NCBI RefSeq assembly: GCF_000007985.2
Contig: NC_002939.5
Span: 3,690,001-3,722,000 of the forward strand
Direction: 5' to 3'
DNA length: 32,000 nt
From: Geobacter sulfurreducens PCA
Lineage (GTDB): Bacteria; Desulfobacterota; Desulfuromonadia; Geobacterales; Geobacteraceae
A model generated the notes under the pieces. It saw only the letters and a list, made by a program, of their open reading frames with translations. It made no database searches and was not told the origin of the DNA. Positions 25,691 through 32,000 of this stretch are shown here, in pieces. The translations under genes were made by a program, and so were the position numbers. How positions within the stretch are numbered: the first letter of the stretch is position 1; every line of letters begins with the position of its first letter.

Positions 25691-27130
25691 TTAGCCTTTC
25701 AGCTTCTTCATCAGCAGCTCATTCACCACCGCCGGGTTGGCCTTCCCCTTGGAGGCCCGCATCACCTGGCCCACGAAGAAGCCGAAGACCTTCTCCTTGC
25801 CGCCGCGGAACTCCTCAACCTGGCCCATGTTGGCGGCCATGATCTCGTCGATGATCTTCTCGATGGCCCCGGTGTCGGAGACCTGGACGAGCCCCTTCTC
25901 CTCCACGATGGCCTCCGGGGCCTTGTCGCTTTGCCACATCTCATCGAAGACGGTCTTGGCGATCTTGCCGGAGATGGTGCCCTTCTCGATCAGTTGCAGC
26001 AGCGCCGTGAGACGGGCCGGAGCAACCGGGCATTCGGCGATGTCCTTGCCAGCCTCGTTCAGGGCGCGAGTCACCTCTCCCATCACCCAGTTGGCCGCCC
26101 CCTTGGCCGGGGCGCCCGCGGCAAGGCAGTTTTCGAAGTACTCGGCCATCTCCCGGGTAGCGGTGAGGACCTCGGCGTCGTAGTCGGAAAGCCCCAGCTC
26201 GGAGCGGTAGCGGCTCCGCCGCGCATCGGGGAGTTCCGGGAGGGAGAGGCGCGTATCCTCGACCCAGTCGTTTGAGATGACCAGCGGCACCAGGTCGGGG
26301 TCGGGGAAGTAGCGGTAGTCGTGGGCCTCCTCCTTGCCGCGCATGGAGCGAGTTTCACCGGTATTCGGATCGAAGAGGCGGGTCTCCTGCACCACCTTCC
26401 CTCCCTCTTCGATCAGCTCGATCTGCCGCTCTATCTCGTGCTCGATGGCCTGCTTCACGAAGCGGAACGAGTTTACGTTTTTGGTCTCGGTACGGGTGCC
26501 GAAGGTCGTGGAGCCCACGGGCATGACCGACACGTTGGCATCGCAGCGGAAGCTCCCCTCTTCCATGTTGCCATCGCAGATACCCAGGTAGACCACGATC
26601 TGGTGGAGCTTCCTGAGATAGGCCACAGCCTCGTCGGCACTGCGGATGTCCGGTTCCGAGACGATCTCCAGCAGCGGCGTGCAGGCGCGATTCAGGTCCA
26701 CGCCGGAACCGCTCCCCAGGCCGGGGACGTCGGCGTGCACCAGCTTGCCGGCATCCTCCTCCATGTGGATGCGGGTAATGCCGATCCGCTTCACCTGACC
26801 ATCCACCTCGATGTCCAGGTGTCCATTCTGGCAGATGGGGAGCTCGTACTGGCTGATCTGGTAACCCTTGGGCAAGTCCGGGTAGAAATAGTTCTTCCGG
26901 GCGAAGACCGAGCGGGGCGCGATCCGGCAGTTGGTGGCCAGGCCGGCCCTGATGGCGAACTCCACCACCTTCTTGTTGAGCACCGGCAGGACCCCCGGCA
27001 TGCCGAGGCAGACAGGGCAGGTCTGGGAGTTGGGCGAAGCACCGAACGTTGTGGAGCAGCCGCAGAAGATCTTGGTGTCGGTCTTCAGCTGGACGTGGAC
27101 TTCTAAACCAATGACGGCCTGATAGTTCAT
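25691..27130 (-). CDS. gatB: Asp-tRNA(Asn)/Glu-tRNA(Gln) amidotransferase subunit B
   Basis: [25 protein letters not shown] start at ATG 27130 with GGAG 7 nt upstream. [11 protein letters not shown] motif and a C-terminal GatB/YqeY tail. Confidence 0.95.
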   Translation of the reverse strand: MNYQAVIGLEVHVQLKTDTKIFCGCSTTFGASPNSQTCPVCLGMPGVLPVLNKKVVEFAIRAGLATNCRIAPRSVFARKNYFYPDLPKGYQISQYELPICQNGHLDIEVDGQVKRIGITRIHMEEDAGKLVHADVPGLGSGSGVDLNRACTPLLEIVSEPDIRSADEAVAYLRKLHQIVVYLGICDGNMEEGSFRCDANVSVMPVGSTTFGTRTETKNVNSFRFVKQAIEHEIERQIELIEEGGKVVQETRLFDPNTGETRSMRGKEEAHDYRYFPDPDLVPLVISNDWVEDTRLSLPELPDARRSRYRSELGLSDYDAEVLTATREMAEYFENCLAAGAPAKGAANWVMGEVTRALNEAGKDIAECPVAPARLTALLQLIEKGTISGKIAKTVFDEMWQSDKAPEAIVEEKGLVQVSDTGAIEKIIDEIMAANMGQVEEFRGGKEKVFGFFVGQVMRASKGKANPAVVNELLMKKLKG

Positions 27131-27146
27131 CGAAATCTCCGGAGAG

Positions 27147-28604
27147 CTAGAGTTGGGCTGTGTGCCGATGCCATTCCGTTGCCTGTTCAAAGGCATGGGC
27201 GGCCCGCAGGATGGTCTCCTCCCCGAAGGGACGACCGATGAGCTGCAGGCCGATGGGGAGACCGGCGGCGCTCATGCCGGCGGGAACGGAAATGGCGCAG
27301 GTGCCGGCAAGGTTCACAGGGATGGTGAAGATATCCGACAGGTACATCTGAAGCGGATCATCCACCTTCTCGCCGATCTTGAAGGCCGGGGTCGGCGCCA
27401 CCGGCGTGAGCAGGGCATCGACCTGCTCGAAGGCTTTCATGAAGTCCTGCATGATCAGGGTGCGGACCTTCTGCGCCTTCAGGTAGTAAGCGTCGTAATA
27501 TCCCGAGGAAAGGGCGTAGGTGCCGATCATGATCCGGCGCTTCACCTCGGCGCCGAACCCCTCGGCGCGGCTGCGACGGAACATGTCGATCAGGTTCGCG
27601 GCCCCGGCCGCCCGGTGCCCGAAGCGGACCCCGTCGTAGCGGGCCAGGTTGGAGCTGGCCTCGGCGGTAGCGATGAGGTAATAGGTGGCCACGGCATAGT
27701 CGGTGTGAGGGAGCGAAACCTCCACAAACTCGGCGCCGAGCCCCCGGTACGTCTCGATGGCGGCATCCAGTGCCCGCTTCACGTCCGGGTCAAGCCCTTC
27801 CAGGTAGTATTCCTTCGGCAGTCCCAGCCTGAGCCCCTTCACCTGGCCGGTAAGGGCTGCGGCGTAATCGGGCACCGGCAGATCGATGCTGGTGGAGTCG
27901 AGGGGGTCGTGACCGGCCACGGCTCCCAGCATGAGGGCGCAGTCGGTCACATCGCGGGTCACGGGACCCACCTGGTCCAGGGACGAGGCATAGGCGATGA
28001 CCCCGTAGCGGGAGACCCGGCCGTAGGTGGGGCGCAGCCCCACGCAGCCGCAGTGGGAGGCGGGCTGCCGGATGGAGCCACCGGTGTCGGTGCCGAGCGT
28101 GGCCGTTGCCGAGCGTGCCGCGATGGCCGCGGCCGAACCGCTGGACGAACCGCCGGGGATGCACGCCAGGTTCCAGGGGTTTTTGGTGGCGCCGAAGGCG
28201 CTGGATTCACCGGATGAGCCCATGGCGAACTCGTCCTGATTGAGTTTGCCCACGATGACCGCCCCCGCCTCCCGGAGCTTCGCCACGACCGTTCCGTCAT
28301 AGGGGGGAATGAAATTCCCGAGGATCTTCGAGCCGCAGGTAGTGCGAATCCCGCGGGTGACGAAGATGTCCTTGAGTGCAACCGGGACGCCGGTGAGGGG
28401 GGTCAGCCCGCCGGCGGCAATGCGCCGGTCAGCCGCTTCGGCGGCAGCAAGGGCCTCGTCGGGAGTAACGGTAATATAGGCATTCACCCGGGAGTCGGTG
28501 GCCTCGATGCGGGCGAGCAGCGCCCGGGTCGCCTCCACGGAGGAAACCTCCCGTTTCGCCAGCTTGTCATGCAGTTCGTGCAGGGTCAGCTCAAACAGCT
28601 CCAT
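27147..28604 (-). CDS. gatA: Asp-tRNA(Asn)/Glu-tRNA(Gln) amidotransferase subunit A
   Basis: Amidase signature [12 protein letters not shown]. 485 aa. GatA-type N-terminus [15 protein letters not shown]. Confidence 0.95.
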   Translation of the reverse strand: MELFELTLHELHDKLAKREVSSVEATRALLARIEATDSRVNAYITVTPDEALAAAEAADRRIAAGGLTPLTGVPVALKDIFVTRGIRTTCGSKILGNFIPPYDGTVVAKLREAGAVIVGKLNQDEFAMGSSGESSAFGATKNPWNLACIPGGSSSGSAAAIAARSATATLGTDTGGSIRQPASHCGCVGLRPTYGRVSRYGVIAYASSLDQVGPVTRDVTDCALMLGAVAGHDPLDSTSIDLPVPDYAAALTGQVKGLRLGLPKEYYLEGLDPDVKRALDAAIETYRGLGAEFVEVSLPHTDYAVATYYLIATAEASSNLARYDGVRFGHRAAGAANLIDMFRRSRAEGFGAEVKRRIMIGTYALSSGYYDAYYLKAQKVRTLIMQDFMKAFEQVDALLTPVAPTPAFKIGEKVDDPLQMYLSDIFTIPVNLAGTCAISVPAGMSAAGLPIGLQLIGRPFGEETILRAAHAFEQATEWHRHTAQL

Positions 28605-28626
28605 GTCGCTCTGTCTCCAGTCAGTG

Positions 28627-28646
28627 GGCCCGGCATTGGCCGGGCC
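28627..28646 (-). other. Perfect 8-bp intercistronic stem-loop between the Cys-knuckle ORF and gatA
   Basis: GGCCCGGC-ATTG-GCCGGGCC with no T-tract. It lies 4 nt after the upstream stop and 23 nt before the gatA ATG. Confidence 0.5.
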
Positions 28647-28649
28647 GGG

Positions 28650-28994
28650 TCATTTCTTCTTCAGCCGGTAAGGGGCCACTTCAATGGGGTACATGGTGGC
28701 GCCGCAACAGTCGCAGGCCTGGGGGCCGCCCTCCACCACAAGAAGCGCCTGGTTGCCGCATTCGGGATGGCAGACGGCGAAGCCCACCTCGATCTCGCGC
28801 GGCAGCACGACCTCCTCCGGATTCTGGTAGTCGACCGGTTCGGCATCGAAGCGGCCCAGGTTCTTCAGGCGATTGTAGAAAATCCGCTTCTTGCAGGTTC
28901 CCTCGGGAAGCTCGGCAAAACGGCGCCGCACCTCTTCGATGGCGGCCTCCAGCTCTTCACTCGTGGGATTTTTATTCGATGACTCGGGGCACAC
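28650..28994 (-). CDS. Hypothetical Cys-knuckle (zinc-ribbon-like) protein encoded between gatC and gatA
   Basis: Good Geobacter-like codon usage (third positions mostly G/C). GTG 28994 is preceded by GGAGGG 8 nt upstream. The C-terminal motif is CHPEC-x14-CDCC. The alternative ATG 29042 would overlap gatC by 71 nt. Confidence 0.6.
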   Translation of the reverse strand: MCPESSNKNPTSEELEAAIEEVRRRFAELPEGTCKKRIFYNRLKNLGRFDAEPVDYQNPEEVVLPREIEVGFAVCHPECGNQALLVVEGGPQACDCCGATMYPIEVAPYRLKKK

Positions 28995-29259
28995 GGAAGA
29001 AACCCTCCACTCTGTCAGGAGCGTTGGCCAGCGCGTTTTCAACGCCTATGGAAGGACGAACCTCGTCCTCCCGGAAGGCGTTTTCGACTGGAACGGCATG
29101 GGATGTGGGAATAATGCCGTCGGTGTCCAGCTCATTGAGCTTTTCCACGTAGGCGAGAATGGCGTCGAGCTGGCCGGTGAACCTGTCCTTCTCATCCTCG
29201 GTAAGCTCGAGGCGGGCAAGCGTTGCCACATGCTCGACATCGGTTCGCGTGATCTTCAT
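28972..29259 (-). CDS. gatC: Asp-tRNA(Asn)/Glu-tRNA(Gln) amidotransferase subunit C
   Basis: MKITRTDVEHVATLARLELTEDEKDRF... 95 aa. ATG 29259 is preceded by GGGAGA. Confidence 0.92.
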   Translation of the reverse strand: MKITRTDVEHVATLARLELTEDEKDRFTGQLDAILAYVEKLNELDTDGIIPTSHAVPVENAFREDEVRPSIGVENALANAPDRVEGFFRVPRVIE

Positions 29260-29302
29260 CGGGTGGTCTCCCTTGGGAAAAAACATGGGCGGTGAGCGGT
29301 AT

Positions 29303-29331
29303 TTTGTAGCACGATTGGGGGAAAATGACAA
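29303..29331 (-). promoter_or_regulatory. Candidate sigma-70 promoter for the gatC operon
   Basis: Minus strand: TTGTCA (29331-29326), 17-bp spacer, TACAAA (29308-29303). Confidence 0.35.
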
Positions 29332-29365
29332 GGCACGCGGGGCTTCTTCACATGCCGCGCGCGCC
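29320..29365 (-). terminator. Candidate terminator after the PLD-family gene
   Basis: Minus strand: an 8-9 bp GC stem (GGCGCGCGG / CCGCGUGCC, including one G-U pair) with a 13-nt loop, followed by TTGTCATTTTCC. Confidence 0.4.
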
Positions 29366-29374
29366 TACGTCGGC

Positions 29375-30952
29375 TCACAGAATCGGATCCAGCGGCAGGG
29401 ACTTCCAGAAGCGCATTTTGCTACGCTTGGCCGCCGAAGCGTACCGGTCGGGGTTGTCCGTGGCTGGATTCCAGCTGTTTTCCGGCAGCATGTCACGCTC
29501 GATCCGCTCTTCCACCCGCCGGGCCAGAGTCGGACTGGTGACCAGGATCCCGACCTCAGTGTTCAGGTTGGCGGAACGCGGGTCCAGATTGAAGGTGCCG
29601 ACGTAGAGAGTTTCACCGTCGATTACCAGGGTCTTGGCATGGAGAGCGAAGGTGGGGGGCTTTTTCTTCAGCTTCGGGTAACGGTCGATCAGTTCCTTTA
29701 GCACGGCCGGGTCGGGACGGAATTCCCGGATGGTGATCCCTGCCCGTAAAAGTTTTTCCCGCTGCTTTCGGTACCCGCTGAATGCCTGAAGGTTGTCGGT
29801 TGCAGCCAGGGAATTGGTGACGATCCGTACCTCTACCCCCCGCTCAACCAGCGCGCGGAACAGCTCCAACCCTCCCGCCGGCATCACGAGATAGGGAGAT
29901 TGGATGGTGACCCGCCGCTTGGCGCTGCGCACCGCTTCAACCAGGGCGGTAGTGCTCTGGCCGCCGCCCCCGAGCCCATCGCGGCCGCTGTTCTTGCCCG
30001 GCAGATCGGAAATGAAGCGGGCTTCGTCCCACACCATCTCCCGCAGCAGCCCGTCGAACCTGTCGGGCAGGTCACGCAGCGCCTGGCGCACCTCCGACGC
30101 AAAGTTCTCCGGCTTGCCGGCATAGGCGTGGAGATCGGCATAAACCCGGGCCGTCCGCTCCGGCGTCATCTTCTTCATACCCTTTTTCAGGAGCTTTTCC
30201 ACCGGTACCGCAAGGGGGCTTTCCCAGAACCTGGCGAAGCTGGCCTCCGCTTCGGCCACCGCCGGCCCCAGCATCAGGATGTCCCGGTCCCGGAAGGTGT
30301 ATTCCTGATCGTAATCGTAGTACTCGTCGGCCATATTGCGCCCGCCCGTGATGCCGACCACCCCGTCGAACAGGGCGGTTTTGTCGTGCATCCGCTGATT
30401 TACCGAGCGGAAGCCGGTCACCACATTACCGAGGCGCTTAACCTTCGAGGTCCCCACGGTCATTGTGGGATTGTAGATCCGGATATCGATCCGCGGGTGA
30501 CGGGCCAGGGCCAGGAGTGACTCAGGGGGGGCGTCGATCAACAGATCGTCCACCAGCACCCGTACCCTGACCCCGCGCTCCGCCGCCCGCAGCAGGGCTT
30601 CCGAGGCCAGGATGCCAATATTGTCAGTGCTCCAGATGAAATACTGGACATCAATGGTCTCCGTGGCGTGGTCGGCAAGCCACGCCCGGGCCAGCAGCGA
30701 CTCCTCCCCCTTCTCCAGAACATGAAGGCCCGTTTTCCCGGGATGGGCGTCCAAGAGCGGCTGGATGCTCCGGGACAGGGACGCCCCCTGCGTGACGCCA
30801 TCGGGAGCGCCCAGCGCTCCGCCCGGCCCGGGCGTGAGCAGTGCGACGGCAAGGGCCAGCAGCGCGGCGACGGCGAGCTGGAGTTGCCATACGGTTCCCC
30901 GCGGTGACTGCTTGGTGTTGCCGAAGGGCATGATCCTCTGCCTGCTTGCCAT
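29375..30952 (-). CDS. Exported phospholipase D-superfamily protein (two HKD motifs)
   Basis: HDKTALFD and HAKTLVID motifs. N-terminal hydrophobic signal-like segment WQLQLAVAALLALAVALL. ATG 30952 is preceded by GGGAGGGAG. Confidence 0.85.
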   Translation of the reverse strand: MASRQRIMPFGNTKQSPRGTVWQLQLAVAALLALAVALLTPGPGGALGAPDGVTQGASLSRSIQPLLDAHPGKTGLHVLEKGEESLLARAWLADHATETIDVQYFIWSTDNIGILASEALLRAAERGVRVRVLVDDLLIDAPPESLLALARHPRIDIRIYNPTMTVGTSKVKRLGNVVTGFRSVNQRMHDKTALFDGVVGITGGRNMADEYYDYDQEYTFRDRDILMLGPAVAEAEASFARFWESPLAVPVEKLLKKGMKKMTPERTARVYADLHAYAGKPENFASEVRQALRDLPDRFDGLLREMVWDEARFISDLPGKNSGRDGLGGGGQSTTALVEAVRSAKRRVTIQSPYLVMPAGGLELFRALVERGVEVRIVTNSLAATDNLQAFSGYRKQREKLLRAGITIREFRPDPAVLKELIDRYPKLKKKPPTFALHAKTLVIDGETLYVGTFNLDPRSANLNTEVGILVTSPTLARRVEERIERDMLPENSWNPATDNPDRYASAAKRSKMRFWKSLPLDPIL

Positions 30953-31619
30953 CAGTGCTCCCTCCCGCTGGTAGCGCTCACATCTCCTCTGCTCCCCGCC
31001 GGTTCCGCCATGAGCTTCTCGTGCCGATCACCGTCCCGCCGGCCGGCGGGGGGTTGACGTGGTGCCCAACTCCAGCCGGCAACCACACTAAGTACAGGCA
31101 CACAGTTCGGCAGCGTCATGCTTCATGGCCGACGACAGGCTTTCGCGAACTGATCTGGGGAGCATAACCATACTGAATGGCGACTGCTTGCTCGACACCA
31201 TGCCACGGGCCCCTCGCCCGGGGCAAGAAGTAATCACGGTGATCCTGCCTGTCGGAACCGGCTGGATATGCCGGGGACGCTGTCCCGCTCCGCCGTCAAA
31301 CACACACACGCAACAGCAGCACCTCACCGTAGACACAAAAAACACCACTGCATCCCGTACTCGCCGGCGAACCCTCCTTTCCTCAACAACGGCAGTAAGC
31401 CCGCAGCACCCATTGCATAGGGATTTTGCGGGATTTCCCTGGCCGGCAACGGGGATAAAAATGATAATTATGGATATTAAGGGGTTACATTTTCGCTCCA
31501 AACTGTTATTTTATTCTGCCGATAATAACGTATGCTTTTTTCGCTGACATTAAAATTTGTGCCCGCCCACGGCTTCAGGGCAGGTGATAACGCCGTTCTC
31601 GTCGGTTCACTCACGAATA

Positions 31620-31637
31620 ACGAACAAAGGTGTTCGT
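31620..31637. promoter_or_regulatory. Inverted repeat ACGAACA-AAGG-TGTTCGT upstream of pckA (candidate operator or 5' UTR hairpin)
   Basis: Perfect 7-bp arms ending 40 nt before the pckA ATG. An additional ACGAA direct repeat lies just upstream (31613-31617). Confidence 0.35.
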
Positions 31638-31676
31638 GGGACTTAAGTACACATTTAGACAGGGGAGGGAAGAGGA

Positions 31677-32000
31677 ATGAGTTATGAACTTCCGAACAAC
31701 GAAAAGCTTCTGAAGTGGGTCGAAGAGGTGGCGATCCTCTGCGAGCCGGACCGCATCCACTGGTGCGACGGTTCCCAGGAGGAGTACGACGAACTCTGCG
31801 AACTGCTGGTGCAAAACGGCACTTTCAGGAAGCTTAATCCGGAAAAGCGTCCCAATAGCTACCTGGCGTGGTCTGATCCCATCGACGTGGCGCGGGTCGA
31901 GGACCGTACGTTTATCTGCAGCCTCTCCAAGCAGGATGCGGGCCCCACGAACAACTGGATGAACCCCAAGGAGATGAAGGAGAAGCTTCTGGGCCTCTTT
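31677..32000 (+). CDS. pckA: Phosphoenolpyruvate carboxykinase (GTP), N-terminal 108 codons (runs off the window)
   Basis: Own translation: [41 protein letters not shown]...[25 protein letters not shown]...DAGPTNNW, a hallmark GTP-PEPCK N-terminus. A purine-rich RBS GGGGAGGGAAGAGGA lies upstream. Confidence 0.9.

Noticed and set aside
28995-29042. ATG at 29042 as the start of the Cys-knuckle ORF.
   Set aside because: It would overlap gatC by 71 nt and has no RBS. GTG 28994 has GGAGGG at ideal spacing. The ATG start cannot be excluded without experimental data.
31045-31060. The 16-nt perfect palindrome CCCGCCGGCCGGCGGG as a terminator for the region upstream of the PLD gene.
   Set aside because: There is no T-tract on either strand, and it lies upstream (promoter side) of the PLD gene. 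Its function is unknown, so it is only mentioned within the spacer finding.
31088-31547. ORFs 31088..31501 (-) and 31125..31547 (+) as real protein genes, including a Cys-rich stretch RCCCCVCV on the minus strand.
   Set aside because: They are mutually antisense, have weaker third-position GC bias than neighbouring genes and lack a well-spaced RBS. They run through C/A-rich and AT-rich tracts. They are kept only as a possible decayed remnant in the findings.
31620-31637. CGAACA...TGTTCG resembles the Gram-positive LexA (Cheo) box CGAAC-N4-GTTCG.
   Set aside because: The spacing here is GAAC-N6-GTTC rather than N4. As I recall, the LexA box of this bacterial group is a different motif.
1-32000. 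Scan for mobile elements, prophage genes, CRISPR repeats, toxin-antitoxin pairs or known defence-system signatures.
   Set aside because: No transposase, integrase or recombinase-like ORFs were seen. There are no regularly spaced repeats and no terminal inverted repeats. Composition is uniform and host-like except in the intergenic regions noted. The window looks like core chromosome.

Overview
High-GC, densely coding chromosomal window. Gene order and products match my unverified recollection of the Geobacter sulfurreducens chromosome from the hgtR locus to pckA. I support about 27 protein genes, mostly housekeeping. On the minus strand: cysS, glnS, ispF, ispD, selA, cls, an endonuclease III-related gene, glnE, mtnA, gatB, gatA and gatC. 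On the plus strand: rsmB, rpe, a CoA-type Nudix hydrolase, a REC-GGDEF cyclase and the 5' end of GTP-type PEPCK. I found no rRNA, tRNA, CRISPR array, transposase, integrase or recognisable defence island. Six things look most interesting. (1) A regulatory cassette at 4.6-7.6 kb: a sigma-54 activator whose sensor is a [FeFe]-hydrogenase-like domain with an exact Cx2Cx4Cx16C motif, then a near-consensus sigma-54 promoter and a 62-aa ribbon-helix-helix-like regulator (probably HgtR). (2) An orphan sigma-70 promoter plus intrinsic terminator just upstream of that activator, predicting an ~80-nt sRNA or attenuator leader. (3) An AAA_5 ATPase translationally coupled to an M16 peptidase, whose 3' end overlaps a convergent secreted transglutaminase-like protein. 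(4) A GlnE whose C-terminal nucleotidyltransferase repeat is 44 residues shorter than its own N-terminal repeat and lacks the RLRPxG...WE.QAL core. (5) A Cys-knuckle ORF wedged between gatC and gatA. (6) A 724-bp non-coding spacer upstream of pckA. Start codons were chosen by eye from RBS and N-terminal homology, and all promoter and terminator calls are sequence-pattern predictions only.
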